Counted from the first letter of the stretch, positions 9,548-19,115 are shown. The stretch: DNA of 24,067 nt from Limisphaerales bacterium (GCA_965657355.1 CBFHOE010000016.1:12937-37003), one strand, 5' to 3'. Program-made: numbers and translations. The notes: generated by a model not told the origin, from the letters alone.

Positions 9548-9687
9548 GAGTAAATTATTTCCATTTTTCTATCCAAATCTGTTTCAATTTATCGCGTTCA
9601 TTATCAGATAATTACAAATTATTCACAAGATTTTCACGATGTCTGAACAACAACTTTGATAGGGAAAAGTGAAAAAGTGATTGCGTA

Positions 9688-9733
9688 GTGGGGAGAAGTG
9701 GGGCTTAATGGTGCTATCGAGGGTCTAAGTGGG
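9688..9733 (+). promoter_or_regulatory. MraZ-binding GTGGG direct repeats (dcw promoter)
   Basis: GTGGGG at 9688 and 9698, degenerate ATGGTG 9708 and GAGGG 9719, GTGGG 9729: about 10-bp period directly before mraZ; TTGCGT -35-like at 9681. Confidence 0.75.
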
Positions 9734-9743
9734 ACCTAATTCC

Positions 9744-10232
9744 ATGCAAGACGAGGTTACAAACGTTCTCGATCTTATTTCATCAAAATACGATCAAACA
9801 TTTGATGTATCTATGGATCAAAAGAGAAGGCTGCAAATCCCGAAGCGATGGAGAAGCGAAGAAAACGGACCAGAGGAAGAACTCCGGCTGCTTTCTTGGT
9901 TGACTCCAGATCATCGGGAAAACTGCATTCTTGTTTTGCCGCCCAGGCCATGTGCGGATATGGCCAGGAAAATTAGTTCAATGCCCGCCGCTGATCCGTC
10001 TGCTGAATCACTTCGTCGATGGTTCGGAGGTAATTCAGCTCGAGTGATGCCCGATAAATCCGGAAGGATCACTATTCCTGATCAATTAGCCGCAAAAGCG
10101 TTAATTGAGCCTGAAATAGGAGCTGTTCTGGTTGGAATGAATGATAGATTCCAAATCTGGTCCCCCGAGCTATACAAGAAAAGAATCACCGAAGACGAAG
10201 CCATTTGGCTGGAAGCGAGCAGGCTGCTTTAA
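9744..10232 (+). CDS. mraZ: Division/cell wall cluster transcriptional repressor MraZ
   Basis: Two SpoVT-AbrB motifs DQKRRLQIP and DKSGRITIP, LVGMNDRFQIW; head of the dcw cluster. Start ATG 9744 or GTG 9729. Confidence 0.92.
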   Translation: MQDEVTNVLDLISSKYDQTFDVSMDQKRRLQIPKRWRSEENGPEEELRLLSWLTPDHRENCILVLPPRPCADMARKISSMPAADPSAESLRRWFGGNSARVMPDKSGRITIPDQLAAKALIEPEIGAVLVGMNDRFQIWSPELYKKRITEDEAIWLEASRLL

Positions 10233-10323
10233 GGGTGTGTGGGTGCCCGTCTGCCTGCTTGTTAGCACTCATCATAAGGCCAATAAAAGGCCCTATGTTA
10301 AAAGGAAAGAATTTATCAGGTTC

Positions 10324-10680
10324 ATGCAAAAGGTAAGAAATATTTTTGACGTCCGAATGGGGCATTTCGAAGAAAAGGCGGATAGGCAGCCGAAAGTGCG
10401 GTCATTTCTGAAAGGTATTGGGCCCAAGCAGAAAGCCATGGCTCATCGAGCGAGTGAGGATGCCAGTCCTTTTGACCATGTGGAAGTGGTTCGTAATGAT
10501 TTATCAGCTTCGGATTTGGACATTGTTCCTCTGCAGGATGAGGAGCACAGAAATGACCTGAACAGACTTTTTCCCCACACGAGGGAGAAAATAAACGACC
10601 TGGCTGAGAACAGGGTGTTAAGGGGGGCTGCCAGTAGGCTGAATCAAATGCTGGTAGCAACCCGTAGCTTTTTTTGGTGA
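10324..10680 (+). CDS. Hypothetical protein between mraZ and rsmH
   Basis: Co-oriented open frame filling the 464-bp gap and ending 16 bp before rsmH; 118 aa from ATG 10324 (start uncertain). Confidence 0.5.
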   Translation: MQKVRNIFDVRMGHFEEKADRQPKVRSFLKGIGPKQKAMAHRASEDASPFDHVEVVRNDLSASDLDIVPLQDEEHRNDLNRLFPHTREKINDLAENRVLRGAASRLNQMLVATRSFFW

Positions 10681-10696
10681 ATCGATAGGTTCCAAA

Positions 10697-11632
10697 ATGA
10701 ATGGATTTTACCATCTACCTGTGATGATTGACGAAGTATTGGCTTTGTTGAAGCCAATTACAGGTCACAGATTCGTAGATGGGACAGTAGGTGGGGGCGG
10801 ACATGCAGCTGAAATATTGAGGCATATTCGCCCGAACGGATGGTTATTGGGATGTGATCATGACGCCGCTGCACTAGCAGCGGCTCATGTTCGCCTTATG
10901 GAAGTAGCACATTGCTTTGATTTGAGACAAGGGGCATTTGGTCAAATCCTAGAAGGAGAAGAGGGAGGCACTATGGATGGTGCCCTGGTCGATCTGGGGA
11001 TAAGCAGTCATCAGATAGATACGGCCGAAAGAGGTTTTAGTTTTCAAAAAGATGGACCTCTGGATATGAGGATGAATCAGTCGGGTTCACCGACGGCAGA
11101 AGAGGCGCTCTCCCAAATGGACGAAGTGGAAATGGCAAAAATCTTTTGGGAAAATTCAGGCGAGAGAAACAGTCGGAAGATAGCCAGGGCAATATGCCTT
11201 GCGCGCAAAGTATCTCCTATGAAGTCGACGAAACAACTTGCTGATTTGATTGCCAAAGTCGCTCCCAACCCGCACCAAAAAATTCATCCTGCGACACGTG
11301 TTTTTCAGGCATTGAGAATGCACGTTAATCGGGAAGTGGAGAATATTGAAACTGGATTACAGCAGCTGTGGAGGATTTTAAAAAAGGGAGGAAAGCTTGC
11401 GGTGATAACTTTTCATTCCATTGAAGTACAGCTTGTTAAAAAATTTTATCATCCATTGGAGCGTGATTACGAAGTTGATGGTGATGTAGACCGTCCGGAA
11501 TTTCGGATATACAAACCAAGAGAGCTGAAAAGGATTACAAGAAAACCTGTCGTACCGAGTGAGGAGGAATGTCGGAAAAATACCAGAGCTCGAAGTGCTC
11601 AGCTTCGGGTTTTTGAAAAACTGTCTCACTAA
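10697..11632 (+). CDS. rsmH: 16S rRNA m4C1402 methyltransferase
   Basis: HLPVM, VDGTVGGGGHA, DLGISSHQID, RGFSF, GPLDMRM, HPATRVFQALR, ITFHS, RARSAQLR. Confidence 0.98.
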   Translation: MNGFYHLPVMIDEVLALLKPITGHRFVDGTVGGGGHAAEILRHIRPNGWLLGCDHDAAALAAAHVRLMEVAHCFDLRQGAFGQILEGEEGGTMDGALVDLGISSHQIDTAERGFSFQKDGPLDMRMNQSGSPTAEEALSQMDEVEMAKIFWENSGERNSRKIARAICLARKVSPMKSTKQLADLIAKVAPNPHQKIHPATRVFQALRMHVNREVENIETGLQQLWRILKKGGKLAVITFHSIEVQLVKKFYHPLERDYEVDGDVDRPEFRIYKPRELKRITRKPVVPSEEECRKNTRARSAQLRVFEKLSH

Positions 11633-11709
11633 AATTTATGAGTTTAATTTTAAATAATCATGCCCATGAAAGGGGCTTGTTAATGACCCAATGAATTAAA
11701 GGAGTAGCT

Positions 11710-12063
11710 ATGAATGGTAATAAGATGAAACTTGGTTCTACCTCAATAAGATCAAAATATTACATTCTGGTGATGTTCATCATGGGCTTGGGTATTGGAG
11801 CTGTTGGGTTTTTCTACATTCATTTATTAGAGCTTAAGCACCAAGAAATGGTGAAATGTTATATTATTGAAAAGGACATCCGTCATTTGGACGGTGAATT
11901 TCAGCAGCTCTTTCACGAATATCATGTCACTCTCGCAATTAAAGATATGGAGCAGAACATCGATCAGCTAGGTCTCGATATTGATTACCCGAGTTATCTA
12001 GTGGATTTGACGAAACCTGTTTCAGATTTTCAAGTTGAACCTATGATAGCAAACCGCGAATAG
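11710..12063 (+). CDS. ftsL: Putative FtsL-like cell division protein
   Basis: Between rsmH and ftsI; short N-tail, one TM helix, coiled-coil-like periplasmic part; GGAG RBS at 11701. Called from synteny and topology only. Confidence 0.6.
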   Translation: MNGNKMKLGSTSIRSKYYILVMFIMGLGIGAVGFFYIHLLELKHQEMVKCYIIEKDIRHLDGEFQQLFHEYHVTLAIKDMEQNIDQLGLDIDYPSYLVDLTKPVSDFQVEPMIANRE

Positions 12064-12083
12064 GATTTCTATTTAAGAAAGCC

Positions 12084-14135
12084 ATGAGTAATCAAGTGAG
12101 GCATAGAGTTTCAAAAGGGGCATTAGTGACTCGAGTGAAACTCATTAAGTTAATGTTATTAGCCGGATTCGGCGTGATGATAGCTAACTTGGCCTACATG
12201 CAGCTGATCGCTCCGAGTCAATATGTCCTTCAAGTCGATAAGGCTCTGAAAGGGGTGCTGGGTACTCAAAGCATTATTCATGAGTCGGCAAGTCGAGGTC
12301 TCTTTTTAGATACTGAGGGTCGACCTCTAACAACTCAGAAATTAATAAGAAGAGTGCAATGCACTCCAAGAAATTTTGGTAAAAAAAAGTCCGGTTCTCA
12401 GGATCTTGTCTACCAAACACTGGTTGATCATTTTCCAGACCTAAAAAGCCATGTTGATAAAGACCAGAATTTTTTTCAAAGAAGTAATTACCTTCTATCT
12501 GTAAATTGTCCGAATCACACATGGGATAGTTTAAATCGAAAACTAAAGAAATATTACGAAGACGGAGAAATAGATCATCGTCCGGGTTCGATGATTCATG
12601 AATTCGTGTCTTTTAGAAGGCATTACGTTGAAAATAACATGCTTTGTCATCTACTCGGTGGTGTCGAGAGAAAACAGGCCTTTGTACGATCTGAAAAAAA
12701 CAAAAAAGTCTTTAGCGAAGGTGACATCGACGCCCGAAACAACGAACAAAAAAAAGTCTATGCACGCACCGTTTTGAGTAAAACCTACTCGCTCACGCCT
12801 CACATAGGGGCATCGGTTAAGTTAGATGTAGGGACTGCTGGATTAGAGAGGAAGTTTGATCAATATCTTGCTCCCAAGATTGGGTGGAGGCATTCTTTAT
12901 TCTCAAAAAACCGAAGTTTTCGATTAGAGCATCTGACGCCCGAGCCAGGGAAAAATATCCTTCTTACAATCGACAAACTTGTTCAATTTGAGGCTCAAAA
13001 ACAGCTGCAAAAAATTAAGGAAAATTTTGATCCTGTTGCAGCTGCTATAATGGTTGTGCACCCCAAGTCTGGTCAAATTGTTGCCATGGCTGGTTTCCCT
13101 GATTTTAATTTGAACGATATTTCGGACCATGGTTGGGGTCTTAAAAAAGATGGGTTGGGAGAAGTGACTCGTGAGTCATTGACCTTCAGTGCTCAGTTTG
13201 CCCCGGGGTCAACTTTTAAGCCGATCGTTTTGGCCGCAGCTCTTGAAGAGGGGGTTTTACAGGAAGGTGAAATAATAGATTGTCCGTGGGCATATCCCCC
13301 TGGTAATCGATATCCGATTAAGGAATCCAACAAAGGCCACAAAGGCCCTATACCCTGGGAAGCTATCATTTATGAATCCAGTAATGTGGGAACCGCAAAA
13401 GTTGCCATGGAAAAACTGGGGTTTTCAAAAACCTACCAATACATGAGTGAATTAGGCTTTGGATCCACTTCGTCCGGAGGATACCTACCAGGCGAAAAAA
13501 GGGGTGATATTCGACGTGGTCCTAATTCTTATTCTGCAGTTGATTATCCAAGGGTTGCCATTGGTCAGAGTTTTTCCGTAACCGGTGTTCAAATGATGAT
13601 GGCATACTGCGCCTTGGCTAACGATGGCAATCTGCTTGAGGCTCAAATCATCAAAGGTTTTTGCTCTAGTAATGATCTCGATGATATCAAATTTTATCCC
13701 TCAATAAACCGAGGTACAGATATCTTTAGCAGTAAAACTTGTGATTTGATGATTGGTGCTATGAGAGGGGTCGTTGAGAACCGTAAAGGAACTGGAAAAA
13801 AAGCGAAGATGGAAAACCACACGGTAGCAGGAAAGACAGGAACGGCTCAAATTTTATCTCCAACTGCGAATTTTACAGTGCCCGAGGACCATTATAAGTT
13901 TACCGGATCTTTCATAGGTTTCTTTCCAGCATCGACGCCTAAAAGGCAGATCGAACGAGAAAAAATTATCGATCAAAGGTATGCCGTTGGTGTCTGGGTG
14001 TATGCACCGTCAAAGAAAGGAAGGCAATATTACGGCGGGCAAGTCGCGGCTCCAGCTTTCAAAGAAATGTGTGAACATATTGCCCGGATTTATCATATTC
14101 CATCGGATATTAAGGAAGAGGTAGAGACACTTTGA
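12084..14135 (+). CDS. ftsI: Class B penicillin-binding protein (FtsI/PBP3)
   Basis: N-terminal TM, RGLFLD, GLE, LTID, PGSTFK (SxxK), SSN (SxN), KTGTAQ, YYGGQVAAPAF. Confidence 0.93.
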   Translation: MSNQVRHRVSKGALVTRVKLIKLMLLAGFGVMIANLAYMQLIAPSQYVLQVDKALKGVLGTQSIIHESASRGLFLDTEGRPLTTQKLIRRVQCTPRNFGKKKSGSQDLVYQTLVDHFPDLKSHVDKDQNFFQRSNYLLSVNCPNHTWDSLNRKLKKYYEDGEIDHRPGSMIHEFVSFRRHYVENNMLCHLLGGVERKQAFVRSEKNKKVFSEGDIDARNNEQKKVYARTVLSKTYSLTPHIGASVKLDVGTAGLERKFDQYLAPKIGWRHSLFSKNRSFRLEHLTPEPGKNILLTIDKLVQFEAQKQLQKIKENFDPVAAAIMVVHPKSGQIVAMAGFPDFNLNDISDHGWGLKKDGLGEVTRESLTFSAQFAPGSTFKPIVLAAALEEGVLQEGEIIDCPWAYPPGNRYPIKESNKGHKGPIPWEAIIYESSNVGTAKVAMEKLGFSKTYQYMSELGFGSTSSGGYLPGEKRGDIRRGPNSYSAVDYPRVAIGQSFSVTGVQMMMAYCALANDGNLLEAQIIKGFCSSNDLDDIKFYPSINRGTDIFSSKTCDLMIGAMRGVVENRKGTGKKAKMENHTVAGKTGTAQILSPTANFTVPEDHYKFTGSFIGFFPASTPKRQIEREKIIDQRYAVGVWVYAPSKKGRQYYGGQVAAPAFKEMCEHIARIYHIPSDIKEEVETL

Positions 14136-14159
14136 AAATATAGTTTAACCCAATGAATA

Positions 14160-15617
14160 ATGATTCGAATCGGAACAGAATGGGTTAAACAATGTGCCCT
14201 AATAAAAGGCCTTGAAAATGCGACTTCTGTGCCTCGTGCTTTTCATTCTTACGATTCAATTTTAGGCATTTCCACTGATTCTCGTAATCTTAAAAAAGGC
14301 GATTTGTTTGTTGCGATTAAAGGTCCTACTTTCGATGGCCATGATTACGTCGTAAAAGCGCTTGAGACCGGCGCGATTGCAGCCCTTGTCGATTCTCATT
14401 TCGATTCCCAAGGACAGGTCGATGAGGGCAAACTTATCCGAACTCAGAATACTATATCATGTCTTGGTGTTCTTGCCAGAGGCATCAGAGAGGCTTTTGT
14501 GGGGCAAGTCATTGCTGTAGTCGGGTCAAATGGTAAGACAACAACAAAAGACATTATTGCCTCGGTATTAGGCGTGAAAAATCGGGTTCTCAAAAGCCCT
14601 GCAAGTTTCAATAACCACATAGGTGTTCCTCAAACCCTTTTCAAATTAATTGGAGAAGAAAAAGACGTTCTTGTTCTTGAGCTTGGAACGAATCACCCGG
14701 GAGAGATAGAATATTTATGCAGAATATGTAGTCCTGAAATCGGGGTTCTGACAAATATAGGCGAGGAACATATTGAGTTTTTCGGGTCCATAGAGGGTGT
14801 GGCACAAGAAGAGGCCACTTTATCTCGCTTTCTGCCAGAGTCTGGCTTCTTGGTTTATGACGAGGATTGTCCTTATTCAGCTGAGATATCCGAATCCACA
14901 AACGCCCGGTCCATCGGTGTGACGGCTACCGAGAATCAGGAGGCGTTCCTGCATTACAAGTGTGTAGAAACTGATCTAAATGGAAGTCGGTTTTCAGTTT
15001 CAAGCTCGAACAATAATAAGCACACTGCATACAGTATTTCGCTTCTAGGAGAACATCAAATACGCAACGCCGCTATGGCTGTTGCGGTCGCTTATCAATT
15101 CGCAGTTGGCCCGGAGCAAGTCCAGAAGGCATTTACTGATTTTCATACCCCCCGCATGCGCATGGAAGTCGCGCGTTTCAATGGGATAAGCGTGATTCAA
15201 GATTGTTACAATGCCAATCCTACTTCTACTCGATCGGCTCTAAATTTTCTAGCTGGGCTCAAAAGCGATGGACGAAAATTCGTTGTATTGGGTCAGCATG
15301 CAGAGGGAGGGAAGAAAATTTCACAATTCTATTCCGAAGTCATTTTATTCTGCATGGACAAAAAATTAGATGGGCTTTTGTTCGTCGGGGTTCATGGGGT
15401 GAAAGAAGGCATCGTATCCAAGCCGGATTTTAAGAGGAATCACTGGGCCGCTATCAATGACGTTGTCGTTGAATGCCAGTCTCCGGACGACGCCTTCAAT
15501 TGGTTGAAAGATAAACTCGAACCCGATGACGTTCTTTTACTCAAAGGTTCAAGGGTTGCAGGTCTAGAAAAGCTAGCTAGCAAGTTCCAAGAAGATTTTT
15601 ATCAGCCCTTTAATTAA
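14160..15617 (+). CDS. murF: UDP-MurNAc-tripeptide:D-Ala-D-Ala ligase
   Basis: STDSR, GSNGKTTTK P-loop, SFNNHIGVPQTL, ELGTNHPGEI, DCYNANP, LKGSR. Confidence 0.93.
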   Translation: MIRIGTEWVKQCALIKGLENATSVPRAFHSYDSILGISTDSRNLKKGDLFVAIKGPTFDGHDYVVKALETGAIAALVDSHFDSQGQVDEGKLIRTQNTISCLGVLARGIREAFVGQVIAVVGSNGKTTTKDIIASVLGVKNRVLKSPASFNNHIGVPQTLFKLIGEEKDVLVLELGTNHPGEIEYLCRICSPEIGVLTNIGEEHIEFFGSIEGVAQEEATLSRFLPESGFLVYDEDCPYSAEISESTNARSIGVTATENQEAFLHYKCVETDLNGSRFSVSSSNNNKHTAYSISLLGEHQIRNAAMAVAVAYQFAVGPEQVQKAFTDFHTPRMRMEVARFNGISVIQDCYNANPTSTRSALNFLAGLKSDGRKFVVLGQHAEGGKKISQFYSEVILFCMDKKLDGLLFVGVHGVKEGIVSKPDFKRNHWAAINDVVVECQSPDDAFNWLKDKLEPDDVLLLKGSRVAGLEKLASKFQEDFYQPFN

Positions 15618-15642
15618 TCACAAATTTAATTGACACTATTAT

Positions 15643-16782
15643 ATGTTTTCCTACTTGGCAGATTGGATTATTGATTGGTTGAAAGATCCCGTTCTCAATG
15701 ATCTTATGTCTCCATTACGCTTGTTCTCGTATATTTCTTTTCGGAGCGCTGGTGCTTTCTTAACCGCTTTTCTTATTAGCATTATTTCGGGGCCTTGGAT
15801 GATACGTCATCTAATCGCCTTAAAATTTGGCCAAAATTACGACGACATCGCTTCTCAGATTGGAGGTCGGAATGAAACAAAATTTGGAATTCCCTCCATG
15901 GGCGGAGTGATTATTCATTTTGCATTAATTGCATCGATTGTGCTCTGGGCGAGATGGAATGTATTTGTCGTAAACTGCCTCGTAGGTTTGGTTTTATTAG
16001 CAGGTGTTGGGTTTATTGATGACTACCTCAAAATAAAAAAACAAACAGGACATGGAGCTTCTGGGAAAGTTAAAATTGCCGTTCAGGCACTCGTATCCAT
16101 AATTCTTATGGTAAGTTTATTTCAGATTGAGGAGACCAGATCCGTAGTCACGAGTCTTCACATCCCATTCTTAAAGGAACCCCTAATCCAAGGATCGATT
16201 GTTGTTGGTGCGGTCGTGATTTTTTTGACTATCGTTGGGAGTTCTAACGCTGTTAATTTAACGGATGGTATGGATGGGTTGGCGATTGGTTGCACTATCA
16301 TAGTATCGTTTGTCTTTTTGATAGCAACTTATGTCACAGGGCATAAAATTTTCGCTGAATACCTCAATATCGAGCACTTGGAGCGCGCAGGTGAATTAAC
16401 GATTGTTTGTGCATCGATCATTGGCGCCGGTATGGGGTTTTTATGGTTTAATTCCCACCCTGCACAAGTCTTTATGGGCGATACTGGCTCGCTTGCCCTC
16501 GGGGGGGTTTTGGGGCTAATGGCCATAATGATTCAACAGCCTTTTTTACTTTTCATTGCTGGTGGAGTCTTTGTCATGGAAGCCTTTTCGGTCCTGCTCC
16601 AAAGGTATTACTTCAAATACACCAGAAAAAGATTTGGAGAAGGTCGAAGAATTTTTCAGATGGCTCCTATCCATCACCATTTCGAAAAAATAGGCTGGAA
16701 AGAAACTAAGATTGTTATGCGTTTTTACATCCTCTGCATCTTATTCGGAACGTTGGCGCTGGTTACTTTGAAAATACGTTAA
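15643..16782 (+). CDS. mraY: Phospho-N-acetylmuramoyl-pentapeptide transferase
   Basis: PSMGG, GFIDDY, SNAVNLTDGMDGLA, FMGDTGSLALG, MAPIHHHFE; polytopic membrane protein. Confidence 0.98.
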   Translation: MFSYLADWIIDWLKDPVLNDLMSPLRLFSYISFRSAGAFLTAFLISIISGPWMIRHLIALKFGQNYDDIASQIGGRNETKFGIPSMGGVIIHFALIASIVLWARWNVFVVNCLVGLVLLAGVGFIDDYLKIKKQTGHGASGKVKIAVQALVSIILMVSLFQIEETRSVVTSLHIPFLKEPLIQGSIVVGAVVIFLTIVGSSNAVNLTDGMDGLAIGCTIIVSFVFLIATYVTGHKIFAEYLNIEHLERAGELTIVCASIIGAGMGFLWFNSHPAQVFMGDTGSLALGGVLGLMAIMIQQPFLLFIAGGVFVMEAFSVLLQRYYFKYTRKRFGEGRRIFQMAPIHHHFEKIGWKETKIVMRFYILCILFGTLALVTLKIR

Positions 16783-16821
16783 AATTAGTTTTTTTAGATC
16801 ACCCAAATCAACGAAATATTC

Positions 16822-16850
16822 TTGTTTGGTAGAACTTATAAGTAGATAAT
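16822..16850 (+). promoter_or_regulatory. Putative internal sigma70-type promoter before the LysM gene
   Basis: TTGTTT-N17-GATAAT in the 125-bp mraY-lysM gap. Confidence 0.35.
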
Positions 16851-16907
16851 GCCGAAACGAACTGACAACCGGGATCTGACGGCGAATCCCATCAATCAGT
16901 ATTTATT

Positions 16908-17852
16908 ATGAAAAAAACTACAAGATCCAATCGAAAGAAAACAGGATCCTTCGAAGCTTCCGGATCAAGCACCACGTCCGTGCGGGCAGCAACGATTACC
17001 ATCGTGGTTCTTCACCTAGCTTTCATTTTAGGCGTCTTCTCTCAAGGCTGCAAAAAGGATGACTTTACAGATAACACAAACAAACCCGAAGAGGGCGACC
17101 AGAATGTGAATGGGCCAGCGTCCAGCTATCCCGATATTCCAAATATCAGCGAAGGAGGCAATCCCAATGCAATTTTAACAGGGAATTCAGATGGCAGTAA
17201 TTCTGCTGCGAACACAAATGCTACTGATGTGGCAGATACCAGCCCGTTGGTTGAGAACCCTTTGAGGCTCGATGAAATCGAAAGCACACCTTCTGGAAAT
17301 TCGTCTGCTGAAACTAATGCGCTGGAGACCTTGTCTCCTGAGACTAGTGATTCAGGATCAAGCACTAATATCAACAGACCTGATATTCCGGGAGTTGGTG
17401 CCCCCGAGACTCCATTTAATGGTGCTGGCGGAAATGAAAATGAGGAGGACACGAATCAATCTTCCGACGTTCAAGATGACTCAATAGAAGTCGTCGAAGT
17501 TACCATACAAAAAAATGATAACTTAGGAAAAATAGCTAAGAGATATAATACTACCGTCAGCGCAATAATGGATTTAAATGCCGACAAGATCTCAAACCCA
17601 GGAAAAATTGCAATAGGATGGGTGATCAAAGTTCCCAATGGGTCGGTAACTCAAGACGAAGACACTAGTAGTAATGACGATGAATCAACAAACTCAGAAT
17701 ATGAATCATACGTTGTTCAGAAAAAAGACACTTTCTCAAGTATTGGAAGAAAATTTGGCGTTTCTTATAAAGAAATTCAGAAACTCAACAATATGACGAC
17801 TGATAAGATTTTTCCAGGTCAGAAATTATTAATTCCTAAGAAAAAAGAATAG
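16908..17852 (+). CDS. Membrane-anchored (possible lipoprotein) protein with two C-terminal LysM domains
   Basis: Basic N-tail, TM ending SQGC, acidic low-complexity linker, LysM repeats IQKNDNLGKIAKRYNTT..IKVP and VQKKDTFSSIGRKFGVS..GQKLLIP. Confidence 0.9.
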   Translation: MKKTTRSNRKKTGSFEASGSSTTSVRAATITIVVLHLAFILGVFSQGCKKDDFTDNTNKPEEGDQNVNGPASSYPDIPNISEGGNPNAILTGNSDGSNSAANTNATDVADTSPLVENPLRLDEIESTPSGNSSAETNALETLSPETSDSGSSTNINRPDIPGVGAPETPFNGAGGNENEEDTNQSSDVQDDSIEVVEVTIQKNDNLGKIAKRYNTTVSAIMDLNADKISNPGKIAIGWVIKVPNGSVTQDEDTSSNDDESTNSEYESYVVQKKDTFSSIGRKFGVSYKEIQKLNNMTTDKIFPGQKLLIPKKKE

Positions 17853-17909
17853 AAATTCACTATTTCGTGTCGGTTGCGTGACGAGTGCAATTGGCATGGA
17901 TAAATATAC

Positions 17910-19115
17910 ATGCAGGATCAAAGATCGACTGAAAGCAACCCTTTTCATTTTACTCCTGCCCTTGTTCTCACGGTATTTATGCTGCTCATTTGTGGCTTTA
18001 TCGTTTTGGCGAGCGCTGGAATGGGATCAACGGAAGGAGAAGGGGGACCTCTAGGCTTTATTGAAAAACAAGCCATGTTTTGTGGTCTTGGTGTGGTCTT
18101 GTCTGTCATGGCCTACTATTTTCCTCACCGGTGGATGCAATCATACACATTCTTCTTCATCCTCTACGGTTTCGTAGTAGGGGCATTGCTTTCCGTTTAC
18201 TTCATTGGCTCAAATATCAATGACGTCAAAAATGTCTACCGTTGGATTTCCATTCCCGGGCTCGGTATCAGCTTTCAGCCATCCGAAATCACCAAATTAG
18301 GTATAGTCTTGATGGTCGCTATCTGGGCTTGTTTGAACCCTCAGAAAATTCAGAAATTGGCGTGTCTCGGTGGGGTTGTTCCTCTTGGATTGATGATTTC
18401 CGTGATTCTGGCACTTATTTTTATCGAACCAGATTATGCAACGACAATGGTTTGCGGGTCTGTTGCAATGGCTACTTTTTACGTCGCTGGAGTTTCTGCC
18501 AGGTGGGTCACCATTGCTATGGTTCTTTTGGTTCTACTCGTTGGCTATACCGTAAACTACCTCGAGCTCGAGAGAAGTGGCAGAATATACGCTTGGCAAA
18601 ATCTGTATACCGAAATGCCAGATGAAAACAGGCAACAGCTTGCTTCCATAAAAGCAATAGTTACTGGACAGTTGCTCGGCAAAGGAATTGGAATGGGAAC
18701 TGCCAAACTGGGAGGCTTAAGCGAACACGACTCCGATTTTATCTTTGCAGTAGTGGCAGAGGAGCTTGGTTTCATAGGCGTCTTCTGTGTTTTGCTTGGT
18801 TTTGTTTTTATTCTTTATGCTGGAACCTCGATATCGATAAAGAGTAAAGACATATTTGGGAGAGTTCTCGCCATGGGAATAGTCACTGCGATCAGCATCC
18901 AGGTGCTCTTAAATGTGGCAACCACATCAGCACTCGTGCCCAACACCGGCCTTACTTTCCCTTTTTTTAGTAAGGGGGGATCAAACCTGATCATGATGCT
19001 GATATCGATGGGTTTTTTAATGGGTGTCGAGCGTGAAACCCGACGCAGTTCGGCTCAGGCTTTATTACAGGATAGGAACAAAAAATCGGCTATTTCAAAC
19101 CCTTTTGAGCAGTAA
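17910..19115 (+). CDS. ftsW: SEDS peptidoglycan polymerase FtsW
   Basis: RWI, FQPSEITK, EPD, GKGIG, SDFIFAVVAEELG, PNTGLTFPFFSKGGS; immediately before murG. Confidence 0.93.
   Translation: MQDQRSTESNPFHFTPALVLTVFMLLICGFIVLASAGMGSTEGEGGPLGFIEKQAMFCGLGVVLSVMAYYFPHRWMQSYTFFFILYGFVVGALLSVYFIGSNINDVKNVYRWISIPGLGISFQPSEITKLGIVLMVAIWACLNPQKIQKLACLGGVVPLGLMISVILALIFIEPDYATTMVCGSVAMATFYVAGVSARWVTIAMVLLVLLVGYTVNYLELERSGRIYAWQNLYTEMPDENRQQLASIKAIVTGQLLGKGIGMGTAKLGGLSEHDSDFIFAVVAEELGFIGVFCVLLGFVFILYAGTSISIKSKDIFGRVLAMGIVTAISIQVLLNVATTSALVPNTGLTFPFFSKGGSNLIMMLISMGFLMGVERETRRSSAQALLQDRNKKSAISNPFEQ

Noticed and set aside
10322..10714. 130-aa antisense ORF in the mraZ-rsmH gap
   Set aside because: Opposes the operon, overlaps the rsmH start and has atypical Pro/Cys-rich composition; the sense ORF is more plausible
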